DNA of 64,000 nucleotides from Candidatus Bathyarchaeota archaeon (GCA_963811105.1 CAWEPZ010000011.1:64001-128000), one strand, 5' to 3'. Shown: positions 10,883 to 20,775, counted from the stretch's first letter. Made by a program: numbers and translations. Notes: generated by a model from the sequence alone, not told the origin.

Positions 10883-11191
10883 CTAGTAGAAAAGATTCTC
10901 TAAAGTTTGCTTTTTTGAATTGACCTCACCAATTATTTTCTCAGCATACCTGTTTTTCTTTGAATATACCTTGTAATTTTCAAGAAACTCTTTGCCCTTT
11001 TCTGTTAAAGAGTAGCACTGGGTTTCATCCTCGAAACAAATCAAAGAGGCACCACTTATCTCAGCCAAATACTTCTGCAACACATGAAAGCTCAAATTAG
11101 CCTGATACATTATCTGAGTCTTCTTAGGCTTTCGAGTAGCCACCGTAAGAATGTCAGCTATAATATCTAATTTACTTCTATAACTGCCCAA
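10883..11191 (-). CDS. Winged-helix transcriptional regulator (archaeal HTH_45-like)
   Basis: RSKLDIIADIL..KKTQIMYQANLS..YSLTEKG. Confidence 0.85.
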   Translation of the reverse strand: MGSYRSKLDIIADILTVATRKPKKTQIMYQANLSFHVLQKYLAEISGASLICFEDETQCYSLTEKGKEFLENYKVYSKKNRYAEKIIGEVNSKKQTLENLFY

Positions 11192-11692
11192 CTCTATTCC
11201 CCAAAAACTCTTTTAAAAATCAAATTCTTGCTCACCAATCAGGCTCTTGCTCGCCGATCAGAGCTTACCTCTAACGAATCCCTCCTTGACAGGAGCAGAT
11301 ACGAATAGCAATCTGCTTAATCCAAGCGCACCATAGTTCTCCTTACATCTGTTTGACTTATTCTAAGTCCAGTTTAGTCCGCGAAGAAAACAAACCTAGA
11401 CTATGAATAGAACAAAATTAACTTGTTCTACAACACCAATCTTTATTTTCTATCGCAGACATCAACGAATAGAAAAGCGACTTACCTTACATATAACTTT
11501 TATTCAAAATAAAACTATAGTAATTCGGAAATTGAAAAACAGAAAAAATATTTTTGAACACAGTTTACAAAGAAACCATAGACTTAACAGGTTTCTTTCA
11601 GGATTAGATGTTGCTTTCAGCAATTTACGTTTTAGAATTTCATATTTCACATAAAAGAAGACAAAAAAAACAGAAAGCGGCAAAAATTTGTC

Positions 11693-12424
11693 TTAGGAAA
11701 ATTTGTTACTGTTTTCATTTATAAATTCTAACATTATGCGTTTAAAAATTTCTGCTCCATTTTTAACGCCTAGTTTCTTCTGACCTAGTCTTTCTCGATA
11801 ATTAATGGGAACCTCCACGATACCAAAACCTTCACGTTCTACATGATGATTAAGCTCAACCTCTACATCAAACCCCTTGGACTGCACCTTCCAGTTTCTA
11901 AGAATTCCCGCTCGCACAACCCGTAACCCAGTCAGCGGATCAGTTAATGAGACGCCATTTAACAAGTTGTGGGTAAAAGCTATGAGCCTGTTACCGACAT
12001 AAAAAATGCTACTTAAAGCTGATTTTTCTTCGTAACCAATAAACCGGTTACCGCAAACCATGCCAACATCAGGAGACTTCTCCAAAATTCGAATCATCTC
12101 AGGAACATAGCCTGCTGGATACGTGTAATCTGCGTCCGTTAACACAACATAATCAACCTTGGGATTGATGTGTGCGATGGCTTTCGCTACTGCGTCACCT
12201 TTACCTAATCCATCTTGGACAAAGATTTCAGCACCCATATTTTTAGCTACTTCTACAGTTCGATCTGTGCTTCTTCCGTCAACTACAAGAACGTGAGGAT
12301 ATTCAAGAGTATCCATAAGCTCAGCAATCGTGAGCCCTATACCTTCCTCCTCATTCAACGCAGCTATAATAATCTGCGTAGAAGGGATACCCTGTGTTTC
12401 TCCTTTTGCCAAAATAATCAGCAC
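11693..12424 (-). CDS. GT2 glycosyltransferase (Dol-P-Man synthase-like)
   Basis: ALNEEEGI, VVDGRSTDRT, GLGKG, DADYTY, DPLTG and YRERLG. Confidence 0.9.
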   Translation of the reverse strand: MLIILAKGETQGIPSTQIIIAALNEEEGIGLTIAELMDTLEYPHVLVVDGRSTDRTVEVAKNMGAEIFVQDGLGKGDAVAKAIAHINPKVDYVVLTDADYTYPAGYVPEMIRILEKSPDVGMVCGNRFIGYEEKSALSSIFYVGNRLIAFTHNLLNGVSLTDPLTGLRVVRAGILRNWKVQSKGFDVEVELNHHVEREGFGIVEVPINYRERLGQKKLGVKNGAEIFKRIMLEFINENSNKFS

Positions 12425-12546
12425 TCATTAACTATGCTATCTGATTATGAACCCTTATATAAGAACATATGGAAATAATGGAAATATATCAACACTTTCA
12501 ACTCTAACTTTCTATCCTGCATCAATCCTTCAGCATCTCCGTTTAT

Positions 12547-12731
12547 GTATGTCGCATAATTCTGTTCCGGAGTCGGCACAAACATGATTAGTACTTTTTG
12601 AACGGATAATTTCCGTTTTGGCTTTGCTGATTCTTTTTTGGATCCGACAAAGTAAAGCCCCCACCAATAAACCAGAGAAAGACAACTACAGGCATTACCA
12701 AGAAAAATGCAACTCTATTTCGTCTTGGCAT
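12547..12731 (-). pseudogene. Small membrane protein paralogous to 53978-54181; 1-bp frameshift near 12663; absent from the ORF track
   Basis: Manual translation, adding one base: MPRRNRVAFFLVMPVVVFLWFIG(W)GLYFVGSKKESAKPKRKLSVQKVLIMFVPTPEQNYAT. Confidence 0.7.
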
Positions 12732-13031
12732 GAACTACTACTGACTCATAACCTTAATAAGATTTCATAAAATGCATCAATATACACCCAATTGTAATTA
12801 CAGGCCCTTTCATCCCCAAAGTTAAAACTTAACTCAGAACATTTTTTCAAAAACTCATAAAGAAATAGAAAACTTTTCCTTTCTTGCAGCAGCGTTTACG
12901 TGTAGTAAATGTCAAACCTGTTTCAAAGTAGCACTTTCTTTAGTCCGAGTATTGCGCCAAGTAATCTTGCAAGTTTTTCTATTCTCTTGTGTTCCTAAAT
13001 TGCAGTAGAAAAAAAAGAAAAAAGTTTAGGT

Positions 13032-13475
13032 TTATTGAATACCCCATTTCTTGACAACTTTTACCAAGATGAAGATTACAAGGGCAACTATGAGGAAGGT
13101 TATTAGCGCAATTAAGAAGTCGCCGAGCGCAAATATTTGACCAGTGTAGCCAGCCGGAGGATTCCCTTGAGCATCAAACGTAGTCGAGGGAACAGCATAC
13201 TTTATAGTTGACAAGTTGCCAAGTCCAGGAATAGCAAGTCCTATCGCGGGAAGCAGCAAGTCTTTAACGAGGCCCTGAATCACACCGCCTAAATAAAGAC
13301 CTATGATGAAAGCAACAGCGAGGCCGAAGACCTTGTACTGCGAAAGAAAGTCTTTGAATTCGTTCCATAAGCCTTTAGGCGGTTTAGGCGGAGGAGCTTT
13401 CTCCAAAGCTGCACTAATTTTCTTTAACTCTGCAATTATTTCATCTTCTTTGTCCAAATAATAAAACCTCTGCAA
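13032..13475 (-). CDS. mscL: Large-conductance mechanosensitive channel
   Basis: LWNEFKDFL..VFGLAVAFIIG..LVKDLLLP and GDFLIALITFLIVALVIF; the true start may be the TTG near 13454. Confidence 0.85.
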   Translation of the reverse strand: MQRFYYLDKEDEIIAELKKISAALEKAPPPKPPKGLWNEFKDFLSQYKVFGLAVAFIIGLYLGGVIQGLVKDLLLPAIGLAIPGLGNLSTIKYAVPSTTFDAQGNPPAGYTGQIFALGDFLIALITFLIVALVIFILVKVVKKWGIQ

Positions 13476-14228
13476 TTAGGTATATATTTGAACTTTTAAT
13501 AATAAAACTTTCCATTTTTCCAAATATCATTAGATACTATAGTCTATTTTTATCATTTGTTCTTTTGCCATTACTTTGAGGTCTAAGACTACTAATGTTA
13601 GTCTTTTTGACATATTCTTGGCGCTGAAATATACCTTTTAAGTCTTAGAGATGCCCCTTTTGCTGAGGAGAAAGGAGAGCTTCTCACAATGAAGCAGACA
13701 AGATTTCGCTCAATCTGCCCGCAACAATTAATTTCATAAAGGGGTGAAATAATAGCATAGCTAACTCTTAAGACGAAAATTTTAAATAATTTGTAGACTT
13801 ATTATTAGTTGAGGGAAAGAGTCAAAAGTCTATCTTGAAAAGCTAAAAGCTTCAAAAATGAAGATAAATAAGCAAGAACGAAGCTAAATGGCAACCGTTC
13901 AAATTTACGCAAATAGCATTGAGTACTCTGCTATCAATAACATCAATAAAGAGGGAAACAAACGATAAATAAAGAGCCTCTTTCCTTCACCCCTCTTTTT
14001 CTTATAAAACATGATTAAGACAATTGCTACCTCCAGAAGCCAAAACTTGGAAAGTTTTTCAGAAAAATTGAAAAAACTAAAAAACAGTAAGTCAATAAGT
14101 TGTAACTTTTTTATCATTATCTTCTTTTGTACAAAGCTAAAAACAAACTACGGGTCCATAGCCAAATGTTTATTCTCGATTAGTTTTTCATCTATGTTAA
14201 GGAATTCGACCTTTCAGTGCATTTTATT

Positions 14229-14834
14229 TTAATCTTCCACTATTCGATGTCTCCATCCCCAGACTACAGTGATGAAAATTGGAATCAGCGCAACGATTGT
14301 TATTGCAAAATTAAGGTCAGGACTTAATCCGAAAGGAAACTTTACGTTAGTTATTATTTCTCGCACGAAGAATTCCCAAACTGCAACGTATGATATTATT
14401 ATGGAAATGACCAGAGCTAAGAGACCAAATTGACGGCTGTTTTTTATTTCAAGTATGTCAATGTGTGCTTTTTGGGTTTCCACAATTACAGCAACATGAT
14501 CTTCAAGTTCTTCAATTGCGTCGCGAATCAAGACTTTCACCTCTTTTGAAACTCCAAGTGAGACTTCTTCGAGGTAATCCCATTCGTGGGCTAAGTCGAG
14601 GATTGTCAGTTTTTCTCCTTGGAGGTTTTTATATGTTTTCCAAAGCTCTTGTTCATTTTGATTAAACGCTTGTTTTTTCATCGTTGGCGTTAATCTATTG
14701 TCGATGGCTCTAATTTTCAAGACAACGCCTTTGAGTTTTTTAGCCGTCTCTTCGTCGATTTCTACGAGTTCGTTGATTGCTCGGTTTATTTTTTCATAGT
14801 CGTTGTGGATAATGTATTCTCCGTTCTCAGTCAC
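14229..14834 (-). CDS. Hypothetical protein with coiled-coil region and two C-terminal TMs (CorA-like topology)
   Basis: 201-aa ORF preceded by AGGTGA; two hydrophobic C-terminal segments. Confidence 0.65.
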   Translation of the reverse strand: MTENGEYIIHNDYEKINRAINELVEIDEETAKKLKGVVLKIRAIDNRLTPTMKKQAFNQNEQELWKTYKNLQGEKLTILDLAHEWDYLEEVSLGVSKEVKVLIRDAIEELEDHVAVIVETQKAHIDILEIKNSRQFGLLALVISIIISYVAVWEFFVREIITNVKFPFGLSPDLNFAITIVALIPIFITVVWGWRHRIVED

Positions 14835-15361
14835 TCGCTTTCACCTATTGGATCATTCTCATTTGTCCAAATAAGTGCTTTTGCATTGTTGAAATGGTTT
14901 TGGTTTTCTATTTCTACAAGACGCAAAGGTAACTTCAATTTACTCGGCAAGGTAAACAAGCTGAAGTGATATTTGACGTTAATTTGACTGGGATGTTTGA
15001 TCTAGCTATTTCTTGTTCTTCTGGTTTTTTCGGGAGTTTAGAAGTAGGCAGGCAAAAGAATAATAAAATGCATATTGCTCAGAGTTGATGCCTCGAAGAA
15101 GCTGCACTATTTGGCTAAAACCCACAAATGAATGCAAATAAATGGCAAAAAAAACAAACCTGCAAACATAAAATAAAAGGATCTTCGAGATGAAAGCTAC
15201 CTGGATGTAGACAAACTTGTTCATTACCATTTACTTTTTTGCATATAGATTGCTTGAAATTCTACATTATATTCTTTGTATATCTTAGCAGCAAGAAGCC
15301 AGTCTATGAACTTAGCATCTGTAAATAGGGAGTTAGAGTTTCTATGTGCGCAGACATGATT

Positions 15362-15892
15362 CTAACTGGAATTAGGAGAGGAAGTTGAAGATGTCAGCTT
15401 ATGATTTTTGTTCTTTCGACTCACCAAAAAAATTATTAGGATACTCCCTAATATGGCAATAACAGCAGGTATTAGCAGGTAGCTCTGGGAGATTCCTGTA
15501 GAATTGTTGTTTCCAGATAAGTCGGGGTTTGTCGCGTAAGAGAAAGTGACTTGGATTGGGTTAGGTAGGTCGTTTTCGAAATTCAATGTGTAGTTTCCAT
15601 TTTGCAGCGCGATGAAACTGAATGTGGTAGTCTTGTCGATCAAGCCCAAGTTAACGACTTGGGCTCCGTTGGGAGCGCTCACCCAAAAGCGAACAGTGCC
15701 CGTAGTAACGATTGAGCCATTAAACATAGTTCCGGTGGGCAGCATGAATTTTAGTTGTGTTGATGAGAATGAAAGGATGAAGGTTGGAACAGTTACAGCA
15801 AACGCTGGAAAAACAATCCCTGAAACAAACAGCACTGCTATTAATGCGGTGCAGAATAATAATGTGATATTTTTCATATTTCCACTTGACAA
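15362..15892 (-). CDS. Type I membrane protein with GOLD (emp24/gp25L/p24)-like beta domain
   Basis: Signal peptide; VRFWVSAPNG..FSFIALQNGNYTLNFEN pattern; TM and basic tail. Confidence 0.6.
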   Translation of the reverse strand: MSSGNMKNITLLFCTALIAVLFVSGIVFPAFAVTVPTFILSFSSTQLKFMLPTGTMFNGSIVTTGTVRFWVSAPNGAQVVNLGLIDKTTTFSFIALQNGNYTLNFENDLPNPIQVTFSYATNPDLSGNNNSTGISQSYLLIPAVIAILGSILIIFLVSRKNKNHKLTSSTSSPNSS

Positions 15893-15963
15893 ATCGTAGA
15901 TAAACTAGCAAAGGTCTTATTAATAATCACCTTGAAAAAAGGTTGAAAAAAAAGCCTGCCAAG

Positions 15964-16488
15964 TTACCAATCAGGCATGATTCTGATTGGAGAGACTATG
16001 GATGTGAATGAGTCCACGATTCCCGGTATGCGCTGTATCAACAGTGTCAGCGTTTCAAGTTCTTGAGGATCAGTCGCCTTTACTGAACAAATTACATCAA
16101 ATGGTCCAAGGACGCTGTCAGCTGATAGCACTTCAGGGATTCTTAGCAGTTGCGTTCGCACTGTTTCTAAGCTCTTTGGTTCGGTGTTGAGGAAGACGAA
16201 GGCGTAAGGCTTCTCACTGAGTTTAGGACCTTCGGATACTGTGATGAAACTTACTGTTTTAGCTATCCAATCTTCATCCTCGCCAAGCATCCGTATTGGA
16301 TTTAGCCATTTTTCAATGAATTCATATATATCTCTTAGATCTGGGAATTGAATTAGTATATCAACTGGGCCGAACAGCAGAAATATATTTTGTTGATCTA
16401 AGTTAAGGCTGAACAATAATTTTTTTAGAACTTCACTGTAGGAACCTGGCTTGCATTTTAAACCCATGTAGACTTTCATTGTGTGCAC
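15964..16488 (-). CDS. Tandem Lrp/AsnC ligand-binding (RAM) domain protein without HTH
   Basis: Two units, LFGPVDILI and VLGPFDVIC; overlaps the sudA stop. Confidence 0.75.
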   Translation of the reverse strand: MHTMKVYMGLKCKPGSYSEVLKKLLFSLNLDQQNIFLLFGPVDILIQFPDLRDIYEFIEKWLNPIRMLGEDEDWIAKTVSFITVSEGPKLSEKPYAFVFLNTEPKSLETVRTQLLRIPEVLSADSVLGPFDVICSVKATDPQELETLTLLIQRIPGIVDSFTSIVSPIRIMPDW

Positions 16489-17924
16489 CTCAATTCTTGA
16501 TTGAAAAGGGTTTGATTCCCCTTTTTTGTTAAGTAATCGTCTATCGCTTTTGCAGCGCGTTTGCCCGTTCCCATCGCGCTGATAACCGTTGCTTCGCCTG
16601 TCATGATGTCTCCGCCTGTATAGACGCCATCTATGCTTGTTTTTCCTGTTGTTTGGTCGGCGACTATAGTGCCCCTTGTTGTTGTTTTTAGATTCTCTGT
16701 AACGCTTTGAATTATTGGGTTAGGTGTTCTGCCTATTGCGACTATTACTGTGTCAATATCTATCAGGGTTTCTGATCCCTTAATTGGGACTCCTCGTCTC
16801 CTGCCTGAATCATCTGGTTCACCGAGTTCCATGGAGACAAGCTCTATTTGCTTCACGTTGCCCTTTTCATCGCCAAGGAAACGCGTTGGTGTAGCAAGGA
16901 ATTTGCAGGTAATGCCTTCTTCTTCGGCATTTACTAATTCTTCGGCTCTTGCAGGTAACTCTTCTCTTGATCGCCTGTAGATTATACAAACATGCTCAGC
17001 TCCAAGCCTTAATGCGCATCTTGCTGAATCCATCGCAACGTTACCTCCACCAATAACAGCCACTTTTTTGCCGACTTTGATAGGCGTGTCAGATTCAGGG
17101 AATCGGTAGGATTTCATCATGTTAACTCTTATAAGGAATTCATTGGCTGAATAGATACCTCCGAGGTTTTCACCTGGAACGCCAAGGAACAGTGGCAGTC
17201 CTGCGCCTGACCCGATGAAGATTGCATCGAACCCTTTCTGGAATAATTCTTCAATAGTGAATAGTCGACCTATCAATGCGTCTGAATGAAATTTTACGCC
17301 GAGTCTTTTCACGTAGTCTACTTCTGCTTGAACTATTTTTTTAGGTAGTCTGAATTCTGGAATGCCATAGACAAGAACGCCGCCCGCTAAGTGCAGTGCC
17401 TCGAACACTGTTACGTCGTGGCCGAGTTTCGCTAAGTCAGATGCTGCCGTTAGACCTGATGGTCCAGCTCCGACTACAGCTACTCTTCTGCCTGTCGGTT
17501 TTGTTAATATTGGAAGAGTTAGCCCCTTTTCTCTTGCGAGATCTGCAACGAATCGTTCCAGCCTTCCAATTGATATTGGGTCACCAATTTTTCCGAGTGT
17601 GCAGTTTTTTTGGCATTGCACTTCTTGCGGACATACTCTTCCACATATAGCGGGTAAACTGTTTTTTTCCTTCACTTTCTTTATTGCGGCATCGTACTTT
17701 CTTTCTTTTATCAGTTTAATGAAAACTGGAATTTCAACTCCGACTGGGCAACCTTCAATGCATTGAGGTTTGGAGCAGTTTAGGCATCTTTGAGCTTCAA
17801 GCAGAGCCTGGTCTTCAGTATAACCCAATGCAACCTCGTTGAAGTTAGAGGCGCGGCTCTTTGGGTCAAGTTTCTCCACTGGCACAGCTATCTTTCTAGA
17901 TTGTGGTCTCAGTGTTGCCTGCAT
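16476..17924 (-). CDS. sudA: Sulfide dehydrogenase alpha / NfnB large subunit (GltD-like flavoprotein)
   Basis: EAQRCLNC..CIEGCP, CGRVCPQE..C, GAGPSG, YGIPEFRLPK, GGGNVAMD and GEATVISAMG. Confidence 0.92.
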   Translation of the reverse strand: MQATLRPQSRKIAVPVEKLDPKSRASNFNEVALGYTEDQALLEAQRCLNCSKPQCIEGCPVGVEIPVFIKLIKERKYDAAIKKVKEKNSLPAICGRVCPQEVQCQKNCTLGKIGDPISIGRLERFVADLAREKGLTLPILTKPTGRRVAVVGAGPSGLTAASDLAKLGHDVTVFEALHLAGGVLVYGIPEFRLPKKIVQAEVDYVKRLGVKFHSDALIGRLFTIEELFQKGFDAIFIGSGAGLPLFLGVPGENLGGIYSANEFLIRVNMMKSYRFPESDTPIKVGKKVAVIGGGNVAMDSARCALRLGAEHVCIIYRRSREELPARAEELVNAEEEGITCKFLATPTRFLGDEKGNVKQIELVSMELGEPDDSGRRRGVPIKGSETLIDIDTVIVAIGRTPNPIIQSVTENLKTTTRGTIVADQTTGKTSIDGVYTGGDIMTGEATVISAMGTGKRAAKAIDDYLTKKGNQTLFNQELRCTQ

Positions 17925-18811
17925 TTACATATTCCTCCCGGTGTTTTTTCGTGGTAATCGAGTGCCAATCTCTCTTCAGGTGGGTAAATTTTCAGGCGTC
18001 TTATCAGCTCATCAAAGTTAGTGCTATGAGCATCGAATTCTGGGCCGTCAATGCATGCAAATTTTGTTGCGCCTCCAACAGATACTCGGCACGCACCGCA
18101 CATGCCCATGCCGTCAACCATTATGGGGTTGAGGCTGGCTACTGTTTTGATTCCATATGGACGGGTAACCTCTGATGTGGTTCTCATCATTAAGGGCGGA
18201 CCAATCGCGTATACTACGTCAAACTGGTACTTTTTTGAGATTAAGCATTTTAGTACTTCGCTGACAAAGCCCTTATGTCCTTTTGAGCCATCGTCGGTGG
18301 AGATATAGAGTTCGTCTGAAACCTGTTTCATTTCCTCTTCCAAGATGAGTAAGCCCTCGTTCCTGGCTCCCATAATTGAGACGACAGTATTTCCAGCTTC
18401 CTTTAACGCCTTAGCTATCGGGTAAGCTGCGGCTGTGCCAACGCCTCCACAAACAATGGCTACTGTGCCATAGTTTTTGATGAGGCTTGGATGCCCGAGC
18501 GGTCCTGCCAAGTTCATTATTCTATCTTGTTCTTGTAGGCAGGCGAGTTTTTTGGTCGAGAGGCCGACTTCTTGGAATATTAGCGTGATTGTGCCTGTTT
18601 TGTTTTCCCAATCGGCCAGAGTGAGCGGTATTCTTTCGCCTTCGTCGTCTACTCTTAGAATAACAAATTGACCTGCTTTTGCTTTGGCTGCGATTTCGGG
18701 GGCATAGACTTCTATCTTCTTGACTTGTGGGGATAACTGGTGTGTGTTAAGTATTTGGTTTGTTTCCGTTTCTTCGAGAAGGTTTTGGTTGATTAATTCG
18801 TATGTGCTCAT
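17909..18811 (-). CDS. sudB: Sulfide dehydrogenase beta / NfnA small subunit (FAD, 2Fe-2S)
   Basis: AKAGQFVI, ERIPLT, GPLG, GGVG, TDDGS and DGMGMCGACRV..CIDGPEF. Confidence 0.92.
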   Translation of the reverse strand: MSTYELINQNLLEETETNQILNTHQLSPQVKKIEVYAPEIAAKAKAGQFVILRVDDEGERIPLTLADWENKTGTITLIFQEVGLSTKKLACLQEQDRIMNLAGPLGHPSLIKNYGTVAIVCGGVGTAAAYPIAKALKEAGNTVVSIMGARNEGLLILEEEMKQVSDELYISTDDGSKGHKGFVSEVLKCLISKKYQFDVVYAIGPPLMMRTTSEVTRPYGIKTVASLNPIMVDGMGMCGACRVSVGGATKFACIDGPEFDAHSTNFDELIRRLKIYPPEERLALDYHEKTPGGICKCRQH

Positions 18812-18825
18812 TGAGCTTCACTCCA

Positions 18826-18993
18826 TATATACAATATATACAGTATATACTAATAAGGCTTGCGTTGCATCAACCAATTTGACTTAAAATCATAGATAAG
18901 CGAAGAATCCAAAAATATTAGCTAGATCAATTAATGGAAAAGCTCTGAAAAGAACACCTTTATTCATTGCTGAAAAGTATATATCATATATAC
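18826..18993. promoter_or_regulatory. TATATAC repeat array and palindrome between sudB and the divergent regulator
   Basis: TATATAC at 18826, 18835 and 18844 (9-bp period); GTATATA-TCA-TATATAC at 18977-18993. Confidence 0.55.
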
Positions 18994-19041
18994 ACCCTAA
19001 TCAAACTAATAAAGAAGAGTGAAACATACAGCGGGTTAACT

Positions 19042-20058
19042 ATGGAAAGAAAAGTAATGTCATTGGGAAAATCATCTCTGGTAATATCGCTTCCAAAGGA
19101 ATGGATGCAACTAAACGATCTAAAGAAAGGCGACGCAATCTCCTTTTCAATTCAAGGCGATCGGTCCCTAATTATTTATCCAAGCAACAAAAAGAAAACA
19201 ATACCTAAAGAGATAACGCTTAACATCGGCGAGAATGAAGAAGAAGTCCTAATTACTCAAAAAATTATAGGCGCTTTCTTGAATGGTTATTCAGGCATAA
19301 CGATTGTTTCCGACAAAATTTTTTCTATTCAACAGTCAAAGGCGATTAGAAGCATAGCTGGAAGTCTCTATATGAGAGTGATGGAGTCCGACGCAAAGGG
19401 AGTTTACATTCAGAGTCTTGCAGATGAGTCTAAAGCTTCACTTGAACAAGCGGTTCAGAGGATGCATTTAATTTCTCAATCTATGTGTTCTGATGCTTTC
19501 AAATCGTTAAAAAATCACGATCTAACTTTAGCAAAAACTGTTTTTTCCCTTGATGATGATGTTGACCATTTTTCGTTCTTTATCCTTCGCTTAATTCGCA
19601 ACGCTGCCCAAGACCCCGTGTTAGCAAACGAGCTTCGCATAGATCCATTGGACTGCTTAGATTATCAATCTCTAGTTTGCAGCATTGAACGCGCTGCAGA
19701 CTACGCGGCAGATATAACTAAACACATAATAATGCTGGATGGAAGAAAGCAGACGATTCCAAATGACGTATTAGAGCTAATGGTCACGGCTGGGAACGAA
19801 GCGATTGACTTGTATACAAAATCAGTTTCGGCGTTTGTTTCAAAAGATGCCGCGTTTGCTGTTGAAATAATGAAGCGCGAGGAGAGAATTGAGAAATTGG
19901 ATATTGAAATAACTTCAAAGTCATTTACTGGAGAACAAAAAACTGCCGAACTGGTTTGCGGCTTATGCTCTATACGTGATGATATCAAAAAGATCGCAGA
20001 TTGTGCTGTCAATATAGCGGAAATTGCGGTAAACCGAGCCTACAAAATCTTGACTTAG
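19042..20058 (+). CDS. phoU: Archaeal phosphate-uptake-regulator family protein (AbrB DNA-binding domain plus PhoU domains)
   Basis: MERKVMSLGKSSLVISLPKEW is an AbrB-type N-terminus; DDDVD, IERAADY and IKKIAD are PhoU repeats. ATG at 19042 is preferred over TTG at 18967. Confidence 0.88.
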   Translation: MERKVMSLGKSSLVISLPKEWMQLNDLKKGDAISFSIQGDRSLIIYPSNKKKTIPKEITLNIGENEEEVLITQKIIGAFLNGYSGITIVSDKIFSIQQSKAIRSIAGSLYMRVMESDAKGVYIQSLADESKASLEQAVQRMHLISQSMCSDAFKSLKNHDLTLAKTVFSLDDDVDHFSFFILRLIRNAAQDPVLANELRIDPLDCLDYQSLVCSIERAADYAADITKHIIMLDGRKQTIPNDVLELMVTAGNEAIDLYTKSVSAFVSKDAAFAVEIMKREERIEKLDIEITSKSFTGEQKTAELVCGLCSIRDDIKKIADCAVNIAEIAVNRAYKILT

Positions 20059-20395
20059 TTTTCTAAAGCAAATGATAGTTGTGAATGGCCTGTTCGGGAT
20101 TTGAACAGAAATGGGTTCAAAGATTGCTTGGAGTTAATAGAGGCGGGAAGGCAAAAAGGATAAGGGCGAAGGACAACATGTCAGTGTAGGAGAGTCAATC
20201 AAAATAAAAAACAAAGCAAAAAACAAAGCGAAAAATGAAACTAAAAAAGAAAACCAAACAAAAAATAAAGGAAAAAAGGATTGGCAGCAGAGATAAAAAA
20301 GAAACAATTGATGCCAAAATGGGTCGCATGACTCTTAACTTTCCTTTGCTAGTAGATTCTTTGAAAATCAATCCACTTTAGTCCAGTTCTCTTTA

Positions 20396-20470
20396 TGGAC
20401 CGGGCGGGATTTGAACCCGCGGCTTCCGCGTTGCGAACGCGGCGATCATACCAGGCTGATCTACCGGCCC
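20396..20470 (-). tRNA. tRNA-Ala (anticodon CGC), no intron, CCA not encoded
   Basis: Reverse complement GGGCCGGTAGATCAGCCTGGTATGATCGCCGCGTTCGCAACGCGGAAGCCGCGGGTTCAAATCCCGCCCGGTCCA folds as a cloverleaf with G3:U70, loop TTCGCAA and discriminator A. Confidence 0.97.
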
Positions 20471-20562
20471 TCCGTTGATGCATTTCTGAAAAAATACCCT
20501 GACAAGTGCATTTAGAGCTTTCGGTTAAAAATTTAATCTTAAAAGAATCTTAGGATTGAGGG

Positions 20563-20739
20563 TTACTCTTCGCCGTAGCCGTGTTCTATTCTGCCATGGG
20601 TTCTGCTGTATTCAGACTGATGTTGTTCTTTGTTGGCGCCAAATGTATTCATGTGTTTTTCCAGGTCTGCTTTTGTTAGAAAGATGCAGGCGCAGTGAGG
20701 GCACTTGTGAAGTACATTGTTGTTATGTTCTTCCGTCAT
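20563..20739 (-). CDS. 58-aa C2H2-like zinc-finger microprotein (not in the ORF track)
   Basis: MTEEHNNNVLHKCPHCACIFLTKADLEKHMNTFGANKEQHQSEYSRTHGRIEHGYGEE, directly downstream of ileS. Confidence 0.7.
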   Translation of the reverse strand: MTEEHNNNVLHKCPHCACIFLTKADLEKHMNTFGANKEQHQSEYSRTHGRIEHGYGEE

Positions 20740-20775
20740 GTTTGCTTCTCTCTTTCGACTTATTCGAATTTCATC

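Noticed and set aside
13662-13700. Hammerhead ribozyme (CTGAGGA core-like motif)
   Set aside because: The required GAAA after stem II is absent.
16476-17924. Glutamate synthase small subunit (gltD)
   Set aside because: It is paired with a SudB/NfnA subunit and there is no gltB, so it is SudA/NfnB.
20200-20300. A-rich low-complexity tract as a repeat element
   Set aside because: It has no periodic unit and is consistent with U-rich terminator or filler sequence on the minus strand.
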